Shown here: piece after piece, positions 49,297-59,151 of the stretch
Numbering within the stretch: the first letter of the stretch is position 1
Layout: each line of letters begins with the position of its first letter
From: a virus
Lineage: Duplodnaviria; Caudoviricetes
DNA: 64,000 nt
IMG/VR virus record: IMGVR_UViG_3300032050_000002
Strand: one strand, 5' to 3'
Notes under the pieces: model-generated
Seen by the model: only the letters and a program-made list of their open reading frames with translations
What the model was told of the DNA's origin: nothing
Databases searched by the model: none
Position numbers and translations under genes: made by a program

Positions 49297-49375
49297 TAAA
49301 TTTATTTTAAAAAAACTTAACTTATCTTTTTGAAAATAGACCATAAACTATTTATCTAAAAAGATTTTTTATATA

Positions 49376-52300
49376 ATGCCGAATTCAATTAGGATTAGAA
49401 CACAAGTTGGAGTTGATAAATCAATCAGAGTTTTATTAAACCAAGATTTTGAATATTTGGAGATATTATCTCTAAAAATATTACAAAGTCAAATATACAA
49501 CAGACAATGTTCTGATTACGGAGTAGTTGTTGGTAGAGTTACCTCAAATAACGGATATGGAATCCCAAATGCTAAAATTTCAATTTTTATTCCTTTAGAC
49601 CAAGAAGATGAAACTAATCCGATAATTTCTGAATTATATCCTTATAAATCATTAAGTGATGTAAATGAGGATGGTTATAGGTATAATCTATTACCTTATG
49701 TTAAATCTTATAGCGAACACGTTCCAACAGGAACTTTTTTTAATAGAAAAGACGTATTAACAGAACCATCGTTAATTGAAGTTTTCGATAAGTATTTTAG
49801 ATATACTGCGAGAACCAATGATAGTGGCGATTTTATGATTTTTGGAGTTCCTGTGGGACAACAAACAATACATGTTGATATTGATTTATCAGACATTGGT
49901 GAATTTTCATTATCGCCTCAAGATTTGATAAGAATGGGTGTTGCCACAGAATCTCAGATTTCAGGAACAAAATTTAGGTCATCTACAAATTTAGCAGAAT
50001 TACCTCAAATAATTTCTATTAATAGGGTTATACAAGTAGAGCCATTATGGGGTCAACCTGAGATTTGTAATTTAGGTATAACAAGAACAGATTTTGATTT
50101 AACTGATGAGGCTAATATAACAATAACCCCGACCGCAATTTTTATGGGTTCTATATTTTCAGATATAGATACAATGGCGTTAAAATCAAATTGTAAACCA
50201 AGATTAAAACAAGGTGAACTATGTAATTTAATTGCCGGTCCTGGAGAAATACTAACTATAAGACAAACAATATTTCAAGACACATTAGGAAGACCGTTTT
50301 TAGAATCTTTTGATTTAGAATCAGGAGGACAAGTTATTGATGAAAACGGAACATGGCTTGTTGATATACCAATGAATTTAGATTTTGTTACAACAAACGA
50401 ATTTGGTGAAAAAGTTTTATCTAACGACCCAAAAATTGGTGTACCCACTAAGGCAAAATATAGATTTAAAATAAAATGGAATCAATCTCCAACATTAAAT
50501 GAAGACACAAAGAGAGGTTATTATTTAGTACCAAATATCAGAGAATTTGGTTGGGATTCCGGAGGTAATACAGTTATTAATCAAACATTACTTCGTAAAT
50601 CATACGCATTTAGTATTAATTGGGACGATTATGTTGACCCTCAATCAGGAATTAATTGTGAAGATTCATTTTATGAAATGGCTTATAATAAAGTTTATTC
50701 TGTTTCACAATTAATCGATAAACACAGACAAGGTACATTACCAAATAGGTTTGTTAGTATAAAGAATATATTAGATGAAAGTTGCGAAAGCGAAAATAAC
50801 AGATTTCCAACAAATGATGCGGTATATAGAGGAGATATTATATTCTTAATATTTTTATTTTTTATCAGTATATTTCAAATTATAATGTTACCACTGGTTG
50901 TGGTGATTCATGTTTTATATGTTCTAATAATCATTGTAAAATACTTGGGTATTTTTTTGGCTGCTCTAAGTTTTTATTTCCTACTTAAAGAAGTATCTTC
51001 GGCAATTGCTGCTTTAAATATTGGTGTCGTTACCCCTGCCGGACCTGTCTCCCCAAATTTTAAATTATTTTTTATATCCCTTAAAAAGGCTATTGGTTGG
51101 GGATTAGCAACCGTTGCTTTTGCATTTTTATGGAAAAAATTAAAAGACGTTAAACTTAAACCATTTAGTTTACCTATAATGTTGTATGACCAATGTGAAT
51201 TTTGTGATTGTAATCAAGAAGAAAATGACATACAAGATAGTTACGAATCTGAAGTTGCGGGAGGTATGCCAAGCTTACCTGGTGCAGGAAGTCCGTCACA
51301 AAGCACTTCAGGAGTTGGAGGAGGTGCCGGTGCAATTGGAGGAAATTCTTCCGATATTTCTAATAATGTACAAGGTCAAATATCAGAATTTTACACCAAC
51401 AACTATTTTCTTAATTTAGTTAGCAGTCAACCAATATATTCATTTATAGGACAATCAGTTGCGGGTCAAGAATTTTTAAACCCACCTACAGATACTCCGG
51501 TTTGCGGTAGTTTAGTTCCTAATTTAACCCTTAGTGTCGACTCTTCAGGTAATGAAGACTATGTATTCACAAGTAGTTTAAATTTAGGTGAAAGAATTAA
51601 TTTATTTAATACGAAGGCTAAATTTTTTGACGAAATCCCAAACAACCCTGGAGGAGGTGTCAACCAAATTAAAGTAAGTTTCTTAACAGGTGGGACTATG
51701 ACTTCGGATATTGACGCTCATTATGATAATATTGTATTCTTAATGTTAACTCCTGATAGTTTACAAAGTTTTAATGATGGAGATATTATAACTTTCCAAA
51801 ATCCTAGTTTTAGTAAAGATGTTAATGTTGTTGGAGGACCAACAAATCAATACGGTAATAATTCAATAACGGGAACACCGGTTAACACCGCCGCTTATCC
51901 TGTAACAGTTAATTATGTTAAACCCGATGGAACTCCTGGCTCAGTAAATTACACAATACCAACACCAAATTCTGCCGATACCAACTATCACAAATATCCT
52001 ATTGATTTAGAATACTTCCAAGTGATAACCGCGATGACTTATTCAAATTTTGCGTCGCAACAAGGAACAACATTAACGAATTCATTAAACAAACGTTTTT
52101 TGAATAATACTATGTGGTTTTTAAAGATATATAAAGATGGTGCTCCTGATAATCAATCAGAACCAATTACCGGTATAAATCCATTAACCGCTTTTGACGA
52201 CTACCAAAATCAGGTATGTTTATTTTTAGTTAGAGGAGTTGACCCATATTCATCAAAACAACCTGTAACGTATGATTTAAGTAAAATATTTGGACATTCA

Positions 52301-54550
52301 TCTTATAATAATGTTCTTATTAAAGGTTTTTATAAATTAAATCAACCTATCGTAGGAGGGTTTAAAAACATAAGACATAATTTAACTAATAGTACAGATT
52401 TAGACTCATCATATTCCAACTCCAACTTATATTTTAAATCATTTAATTATCAACCATCAACAACACAATTTAGTGGATTTGGTTCAAATTTACCATCATA
52501 TTATTCTAACTTAGATAATAATTTAAATAGCGTCACTTTTGGTACTTGTTGTAACCTTAGTCCATTATATCTGAACACAGTTTTAAGTCAAACTACTTAT
52601 GGTGCTAGAGCAATTGGTAATATTACCTATTCCTCATCTTCCCCAACAGGGTGGTATGGTAAAAACGCCTTTGTATATGAATTTAATACCCCTGTTTTTT
52701 CATCAAGTTCACCACCACCATTACCATTAGTCCCTTATTACGCTCCAACCCCCAATAATACATTATCAAAAAACAGAGGGTATTTTGTTTCCGAAATTGT
52801 TGAAGGGGGGGGTTTAATGATTATGGATGTTACTATAAGAGATACAACCATTGGAAGTCCTGCCGTTGTAACTGCGTATCTATCAACATCATATTCTACA
52901 GCAACAACCGTAACATACCCAACAACAATCAAAACAAATAGAAAAACAGTAATGAGGTCTGATAGATTACCAACTTCAACAAATGTTTTTTCAAATTGTG
53001 AAATAGATTATTTATTACAAAATAACCCAAATTTTTCAATTTATGTTATTGGAGAAAATGGAATATTACCTTCACAAACCACTACAATACCTTTTTTAAC
53101 TCAAGGTCCTTATGATGGAAATACTTTTACATCCAATACATTAAATAATACTGTTATTAATAGTTTAAATGAATGTCAGGATTCGGTACCATTAAAATGT
53201 TATGAATTTGTTGGAGATGAATTTAGATTAAAAACGGGGGATGCTTGTAAAAGTACCGAATATGATGGAAGTCCTAAATTAATATGGAAAACAGGATGTT
53301 ATAAATTAGTTACAAGAATTTTGTTATCAATACCAACAGACTTTTTATTAATTGCGGAATGGGCTGCGAGAACTAAAATAGTGTTCGGAGCTTGTAGGAA
53401 TGTATTTTCACATGTGTTCACAAATAATTGGATTAATGGTTCTTTATACGCATTTGCGTTTAAAAATAATAGAATTTTTAATAATCAAAACCAACCAACA
53501 AGTGATATATGTGATAGAACAGTTTATTTTGACCCAACAACAAATAATTTTTATTATAGAAGTAGCCCATACTATTCAGGAACAACAGAACAATATTTTT
53601 GTGGGTCACCTGGAACTGAATCAACAGTTCAGTTAGGTAATTTAAGATACCCAACAACATTAATTGATTTAGGTCCTAGAAATTTTTATCTACAAGAAAT
53701 TATAATGTCTGATGATTATGACGGATATGTTGTTAGTCAATTAAGAACAACAACATTTGGAGACGTATCAGAAATTTTTAACATTTTTATGTTATCAAGA
53801 ATGGCTAATTCAGGATTTTGGAGTCAAGTTTTTGGTAGCGGAGGTAACAGTGTGTTAAAATACTTTGACAGTAGAGGTAGATTTCAAGTAGATGCTGACT
53901 ACGCTCAAATGATTTCTATAAATTCTGAGTTAGGAGTTAATGAATTTCAAAGTGAAAGTTATCCTGATGTACCAGGAACAGGTCCAATTTATTTTAGTAA
54001 TGGGGGCTCAGAAAATGGTATATTTGGAATTTTCTTTTCTTCGGACACTCAAGTTAGAGATTTCATATCTCCTAAAAGAACTATTATAATACCTTCAGGA
54101 GCGTCAACAAATGACTGTACTTTTAGTTATTTTAATGTTAAAACTCAAAAAGTTCCATTTTATCAATGGCAACTTAAAGATAATCCTAGTACCGCTAATA
54201 TATTTGGGGCACAATCAAATACTTGGTTTACTGAACCTTTAGATGGTCAAAAATATTTTTCCAATTATTATCAGAAAATGGATAGATTGACAGAATCATC
54301 AAGATATTTTAGAACTTTACCTGGTATAACTAATAATAGTTATAATAAAGGGTATATATATAATGTTAATAATTCAGGACAATATAGTTCGGATTTATCT
54401 TTCCAAGATTATAATAACTTAGTCAATGGTAAAGAAAAACATATAACAGTAGGTGGACCATTTCATTTTTATTTTGGACTTAAAAAAGGAAGAAGTGCTT
54501 GGGATAGATTCGCTAGAAAATGGATAGGGTTTGAAAATATAACAAATTAA
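49376..54550 (+). CDS. Large baseplate-associated protein with internal hydrophobic segment
   Basis: 1724 aa. N-terminal prealbumin/carboxypeptidase-regulatory-like pattern (GVVVGRV...IPNAKISIF; TNDSGDFMIFGVPVG) and a long hydrophobic stretch near 50830-51145. Confidence 0.55.
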   Translation: MPNSIRIRTQVGVDKSIRVLLNQDFEYLEILSLKILQSQIYNRQCSDYGVVVGRVTSNNGYGIPNAKISIFIPLDQEDETNPIISELYPYKSLSDVNEDGYRYNLLPYVKSYSEHVPTGTFFNRKDVLTEPSLIEVFDKYFRYTARTNDSGDFMIFGVPVGQQTIHVDIDLSDIGEFSLSPQDLIRMGVATESQISGTKFRSSTNLAELPQIISINRVIQVEPLWGQPEICNLGITRTDFDLTDEANITITPTAIFMGSIFSDIDTMALKSNCKPRLKQGELCNLIAGPGEILTIRQTIFQDTLGRPFLESFDLESGGQVIDENGTWLVDIPMNLDFVTTNEFGEKVLSNDPKIGVPTKAKYRFKIKWNQSPTLNEDTKRGYYLVPNIREFGWDSGGNTVINQTLLRKSYAFSINWDDYVDPQSGINCEDSFYEMAYNKVYSVSQLIDKHRQGTLPNRFVSIKNILDESCESENNRFPTNDAVYRGDIIFLIFLFFISIFQIIMLPLVVVIHVLYVLIIIVKYLGIFLAALSFYFLLKEVSSAIAALNIGVVTPAGPVSPNFKLFFISLKKAIGWGLATVAFAFLWKKLKDVKLKPFSLPIMLYDQCEFCDCNQEENDIQDSYESEVAGGMPSLPGAGSPSQSTSGVGGGAGAIGGNSSDISNNVQGQISEFYTNNYFLNLVSSQPIYSFIGQSVAGQEFLNPPTDTPVCGSLVPNLTLSVDSSGNEDYVFTSSLNLGERINLFNTKAKFFDEIPNNPGGGVNQIKVSFLTGGTMTSDIDAHYDNIVFLMLTPDSLQSFNDGDIITFQNPSFSKDVNVVGGPTNQYGNNSITGTPVNTAAYPVTVNYVKPDGTPGSVNYTIPTPNSADTNYHKYPIDLEYFQVITAMTYSNFASQQGTTLTNSLNKRFLNNTMWFLKIYKDGAPDNQSEPITGINPLTAFDDYQNQVCLFLVRGVDPYSSKQPVTYDLSKIFGHSSYNNVLIKGFYKLNQPIVGGFKNIRHNLTNSTDLDSSYSNSNLYFKSFNYQPSTTQFSGFGSNLPSYYSNLDNNLNSVTFGTCCNLSPLYLNTVLSQTTYGARAIGNITYSSSSPTGWYGKNAFVYEFNTPVFSSSSPPPLPLVPYYAPTPNNTLSKNRGYFVSEIVEGGGLMIMDVTIRDTTIGSPAVVTAYLSTSYSTATTVTYPTTIKTNRKTVMRSDRLPTSTNVFSNCEIDYLLQNNPNFSIYVIGENGILPSQTTTIPFLTQGPYDGNTFTSNTLNNTVINSLNECQDSVPLKCYEFVGDEFRLKTGDACKSTEYDGSPKLIWKTGCYKLVTRILLSIPTDFLLIAEWAARTKIVFGACRNVFSHVFTNNWINGSLYAFAFKNNRIFNNQNQPTSDICDRTVYFDPTTNNFYYRSSPYYSGTTEQYFCGSPGTESTVQLGNLRYPTTLIDLGPRNFYLQEIIMSDDYDGYVVSQLRTTTFGDVSEIFNIFMLSRMANSGFWSQVFGSGGNSVLKYFDSRGRFQVDADYAQMISINSELGVNEFQSESYPDVPGTGPIYFSNGGSENGIFGIFFSSDTQVRDFISPKRTIIIPSGASTNDCTFSYFNVKTQKVPFYQWQLKDNPSTANIFGAQSNTWFTEPLDGQKYFSNYYQKMDRLTESSRYFRTLPGITNNSYNKGYIYNVNNSGQYSSDLSFQDYNNLVNGKEKHITVGGPFHFYFGLKKGRSAWDRFARKWIGFENITN

Positions 54551-54551
54551 A

Positions 54552-56276
54552 ATGGGTAATAATAACGAAAATAGAGTTGTATTAGGGTCTCTAAGATATA
54601 AGTCAGCAACAGATACTAATTTACTTTTTAGTGTTCCGTTAATTCAAAATTCGAAACATAATGTCGAATTTGATAGGACAGTTGATATTAGTCTAGAAGA
54701 TGTTTTCCAAGGAGAAAGACAAAGTTCAGGTAACTTTAGACCGTCTTGTAAATTCACTATATTATTTAAAAACTCTTATTCAGGTAAAACAAATTATGAA
54801 CCATTTGAAAATAACCTATATTACTTAAATCCTGAAATAACCGCGGCTCAAAATTGCCCACCAAATCCAAATATATATTGGCCAGGATTACCACAGTACA
54901 ATGAATTCGATTTTATTAGAAATGATAATAATGTTACAGGTTATACCCAACCACCAAATCAACATTTAACTTTTATACCAAAAAGTGCGTCCAATTATAA
55001 TTGGATGTTCTATATGACATATGCCAAAAGTAACGACTATACAAAACCAATGAAAGTTTATGAAAGGTATAGTGGACAATACATTAATTGGGTTTCGGGA
55101 GATGGAATACCTTTTGTAATTGAAAATGTTACTGAGAATGGTTTAGGTATTGTTAAATTTATTTGTCCAATTAAACACGGATTAAATGCTGATGAGTTTG
55201 TTAAATTAAGTTTTTCATACAACGGAAAAAATTTGTTTAAAATTGATTCTTTAGGTGACGCTAATTTTGGAAGTGAAGAATATATTTTTAATATTATAAA
55301 TGTTGGATTTACAGGTACAACGTTTAATAACGGAGTTATTGGAACTTTTAAAAGAGTTATTTTAGGGGATAATCCTTCAGATTCTACTTCAGAATATTAT
55401 GTAAGAAAACATAAAGTATTAACAAAATTAGATAATGCTGTTTTAACAAAATGCGGGTTTGAACAAAATATTTTTGGTATTAGTAAGAAATATGAGTCAA
55501 TGGCTTATACTCCTAATAGAATGTCAAGAGTTTCAATAAAAGAAGGTGCTCAATCATATAGTTTATCATTTAATGAAGATATACAAATAAATGACATAAT
55601 CGACAATCAAAAAAGACCAATAAGTGAGTTATTTTTTACTGTTGTATGGAGAGGTTATTTTGGATGGACATTGGGTGCAAAAAAACAAGGATGGGATTTT
55701 AATCTACCTTTAGTTTTTAATCAACCTAGTGATTGGTGGGACTTATTAAATACAAACTCTGAAACCAACCTACCAATAGATAGTTATAATACATCTTGGT
55801 CATCTCCTTTTTTATATACAAGAAGTTTAACGACAGGAGATACTTTAGATGGGGATTATTGTGAATGGAATGACTATGAACAAAAAGAGAGAGTAATATC
55901 AACATTAAATCATAAGATAAACTTCAATTCTAATAATTTTGATACAGGAGGAGTTTTATCAAATAGTTTAGGGTATTATTACAAACCACATAATCTTATT
56001 AAGATAAGAGACTATTCTGATTATATAGAAGAGGGAGACGCTAGTCAAATAGTAGGAGTACCAAATTACGCCTATTTTTCAACCGAAAAAAATTTATTTG
56101 TTTGGAGGGATTTATATCCTTATGGGTATATTGATAGTAATGGAATTGGTGTTGATTATCCGTTTTTTAACGGAACTCACTACCCATTTTCTAATTTTAT
56201 TTTTAGAATAATTCCTGAAGGAACTAATTATAGTGAGAGTGTCATAAACGTACCAACAATAGATTTCTGTGAATAA
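54552..56276 (+). CDS. Virion structural protein (hypothetical)
   Basis: 574 aa in the coupled baseplate operon. Confidence 0.55.
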   Translation: MGNNNENRVVLGSLRYKSATDTNLLFSVPLIQNSKHNVEFDRTVDISLEDVFQGERQSSGNFRPSCKFTILFKNSYSGKTNYEPFENNLYYLNPEITAAQNCPPNPNIYWPGLPQYNEFDFIRNDNNVTGYTQPPNQHLTFIPKSASNYNWMFYMTYAKSNDYTKPMKVYERYSGQYINWVSGDGIPFVIENVTENGLGIVKFICPIKHGLNADEFVKLSFSYNGKNLFKIDSLGDANFGSEEYIFNIINVGFTGTTFNNGVIGTFKRVILGDNPSDSTSEYYVRKHKVLTKLDNAVLTKCGFEQNIFGISKKYESMAYTPNRMSRVSIKEGAQSYSLSFNEDIQINDIIDNQKRPISELFFTVVWRGYFGWTLGAKKQGWDFNLPLVFNQPSDWWDLLNTNSETNLPIDSYNTSWSSPFLYTRSLTTGDTLDGDYCEWNDYEQKERVISTLNHKINFNSNNFDTGGVLSNSLGYYYKPHNLIKIRDYSDYIEEGDASQIVGVPNYAYFSTEKNLFVWRDLYPYGYIDSNGIGVDYPFFNGTHYPFSNFIFRIIPEGTNYSESVINVPTIDFCE

Positions 56277-57075
56277 ATTTTATTTTACATTACCTGACGT
56301 AACACAAGGAATACAATTACCATTAGAAATGAAATGGGATTTTGACGGCAGAAATGACAGTATTGAAGTATACGAAGATGAGGTACTTGAAACAGTAATA
56401 GGTGTACCAACAGATTACGAAATATTAAGATTTTCACACAACGAACATCTTAATAGTCAATTAACAGACATTAATTATCAATTTAATTTTTTTAGTGGAA
56501 ATCCAATCACAGTAACATCATCAACAATTTCTAATTGGGTAAATAGTTATTTGGTTGAAGGGTTTTCATCTGATGACTTATATTACTATAGAAGACCTTT
56601 TACTAAGTCATTTTTTAAGTTAGATTTCTATGATACTCCAAATACCACAACACAGACAAATTATTTTACTATAATAATACCAACACAACAAGGTGAAACA
56701 ATGACGGCTAGTATCTCACCATTGTCACCATTTAATAATGTTAAAGTAAAAAAACCAAAATTTAAATTAGATTATGTTGGGGATAAAGAAGGGTTCTTTC
56801 TCTATTGGTTAAGAAAAAAAGATTTTTTAGATATTAGTACTTTTTATATTTCCGCTAAATTTTTTAACGCTAATTTAGGAGAATTCGTAAGAATGATGAA
56901 TAGACCACAGTCATCATTACCAAATAAATTTATTTTTAATAGTGATGAATATTTCTATTACAAAGTAGAGTTAAACTACAGTGGTAAAACCTATCAGGTT
57001 ACTGATTATAATAACTCAAGAATAGGTACTACAACACCAATTTTATGGTATGAATATATTAATCCGCCACAATAA
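56269..57075 (+). CDS. Virion structural protein (hypothetical)
   Basis: 268 aa, GTG start overlapping the upstream gene end. Confidence 0.55.
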   Translation: MNKFYFTLPDVTQGIQLPLEMKWDFDGRNDSIEVYEDEVLETVIGVPTDYEILRFSHNEHLNSQLTDINYQFNFFSGNPITVTSSTISNWVNSYLVEGFSSDDLYYYRRPFTKSFFKLDFYDTPNTTTQTNYFTIIIPTQQGETMTASISPLSPFNNVKVKKPKFKLDYVGDKEGFFLYWLRKKDFLDISTFYISAKFFNANLGEFVRMMNRPQSSLPNKFIFNSDEYFYYKVELNYSGKTYQVTDYNNSRIGTTTPILWYEYINPPQ

Positions 57076-58241
57076 TGGAAGATAGAATTTATCATATAAA
57101 AATTTCTCCGGAGGTAATAACTAATGACATATTTCCAGCAATATGGAGCGGAGGAACTATTATTCCTCAAATATTTGATGATGAATGCTGTGACATTACA
57201 ACCACAACAACAACACTTAGAATAACAGGAACGACTTATGTTTATTCATCAATGACACAAATTTTGTCAGGAGGGACAAACGGTAGTTCACTTTTAACAG
57301 GACTCACGGTACCAATTTTTTTAAGTGAGAATACAGTTGATGTTGGGTATTATTCAGCCTTTGATGGCGCGATTTCACAACAAGATACAATGTTAAATTT
57401 TGTATTCAGTGCTTTTACAGGAGCTCCTTATACGTATTATTTTTATAATACATCCGATGTAGATTTTAAAAAATATTTGAATTTTTCAACATATAGAATA
57501 GATTGGGGTGACGGAAGTCCAACACAATTAGCATCTAGTGTAGCACCCGCTTTTTATACTCACACATACTCAATAACACCTGCAACATATACAATTACTA
57601 TGTCAGGAATGAGTCCTTGGGGGTATAATTTAATTAAAAAAACGGTTTACGTTCCGTTTACAGGAGTGACAATTGATAACCCAAACGGAGAGGCGTATTT
57701 TTTTCCTTCTGGGGGCAATTGGTCTGCAACACCAATAAGTTATGAATATATTTTTAGCGGAGATTCAATTTGTGATGTTGACTTACAAACAAGCGATAAC
57801 TATACAACTGTACCGTTTATTGTTAGTGGATACACAAACTCAAGTTTAAAAGATTTAGAACAATACGGAACTCCAAAATACAAATTAGGTATTCAAGTTA
57901 CGGGAGACACTGGAACTATTGGTACGTTTTTAGGTTCTGATTCAGGAAATACATACACCGCATACACCATTAATGATGTTGATTACTACGATTTTAATGA
58001 CGGAACAACTATTTTTTTCGTTTATTCTTCAGGTTTCACATCAGATATGATAACATGCACCGCAATAACAAAAAATGAAGTACTACTTAACGTAATTGAC
58101 CAACCAGAAATTTATTCCAGTGTATTTATAGAACGAGGAAAGTATTCAGGGCTAGAAAGAGTGCAAAGATTAGGTGAGGTTGATAGTATAGGAGATTTAA
58201 CTAGTTACGGATATAAATTTTTTAATATAATTAATACATAA
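57075..58241 (+). CDS. Virion protein with PKD-like Ig motif
   Basis: YRIDWGDGS...HTY...TYTIT. TAATG coupling. Confidence 0.55.
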   Translation: MEDRIYHIKISPEVITNDIFPAIWSGGTIIPQIFDDECCDITTTTTTLRITGTTYVYSSMTQILSGGTNGSSLLTGLTVPIFLSENTVDVGYYSAFDGAISQQDTMLNFVFSAFTGAPYTYYFYNTSDVDFKKYLNFSTYRIDWGDGSPTQLASSVAPAFYTHTYSITPATYTITMSGMSPWGYNLIKKTVYVPFTGVTIDNPNGEAYFFPSGGNWSATPISYEYIFSGDSICDVDLQTSDNYTTVPFIVSGYTNSSLKDLEQYGTPKYKLGIQVTGDTGTIGTFLGSDSGNTYTAYTINDVDYYDFNDGTTIFFVYSSGFTSDMITCTAITKNEVLLNVIDQPEIYSSVFIERGKYSGLERVQRLGEVDSIGDLTSYGYKFFNIINT

Positions 58242-58242
58242 A

Positions 58243-59151
58243 ATGGCAACAGGAACGTATGGAACGATAAGACCCGCAGATGTATCACCCGAAGATGTTG
58301 ATATAATTTTAAATTATACACCATCGAGAGACGATACCAATAATTTTTTATTAACTAAATTAGACGCGTCGTCAATATTAAAACCTTATTTTAATAATTC
58401 AAATACCGGAGGTAATGCGAATGTTGAAATTTTAGGTGGGTTATATAATTTAAAATTACCGGCAGACCAATTCAATAAAATTGGTATTTACACATTATTG
58501 ATTAGACCCGCACAAATAAGAACAAAAATTTTGGATTGTGGAGTATTATCCGCGCTACCAAACGTAAGAGGATTAATTATTGATTTAAATTCAGTACCCG
58601 TAAAATTTAGAAATAAGTTTATTAATCAGGGACTTGTTGGGTTTAGAATTGAGTATTTAAATTCAGATGGTAGTAAAATTCCTAATTTTTTTAGATTAAT
58701 AACCTCATCGTTTTTTTGTGAACCAGTTGTTCAAAATTTAACAAACACTGTTCAAAAATCTATCAGATATAGATATACCGATAATAACACTAATTTACTT
58801 TTTTGTACATTATCACCATCATCCGCACCAACAAATAAACCAAACGCGGTTCCATTTATTGGACAACCAAATCAAAGTATAATAATTACAAATACCTTTT
58901 TTAACCCAATAACTTTAGATATTGAAATTGCGGAACACGACTTCTCAACAATAGCGATTGCGCTATATGGTAATCAAACCAAATCTATGGAAGATGGAAT
59001 TTATACGTTATACGATAGAAGTAATAATATTTACAAACAATATAACTTATTTGAGGTTAGAGACCAATTTAATAAATTATTATATGAGGTTAGACAAGAT
59101 AGAGGTAATAATATTGATTTTAGTAAAAACTTTACAAATATAACACAATAA
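58243..59151 (+). CDS. Virion structural protein (hypothetical)
   Basis: 302 aa in the coupled baseplate operon. Confidence 0.55.
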   Translation: MATGTYGTIRPADVSPEDVDIILNYTPSRDDTNNFLLTKLDASSILKPYFNNSNTGGNANVEILGGLYNLKLPADQFNKIGIYTLLIRPAQIRTKILDCGVLSALPNVRGLIIDLNSVPVKFRNKFINQGLVGFRIEYLNSDGSKIPNFFRLITSSFFCEPVVQNLTNTVQKSIRYRYTDNNTNLLFCTLSPSSAPTNKPNAVPFIGQPNQSIIITNTFFNPITLDIEIAEHDFSTIAIALYGNQTKSMEDGIYTLYDRSNNIYKQYNLFEVRDQFNKLLYEVRQDRGNNIDFSKNFTNITQ

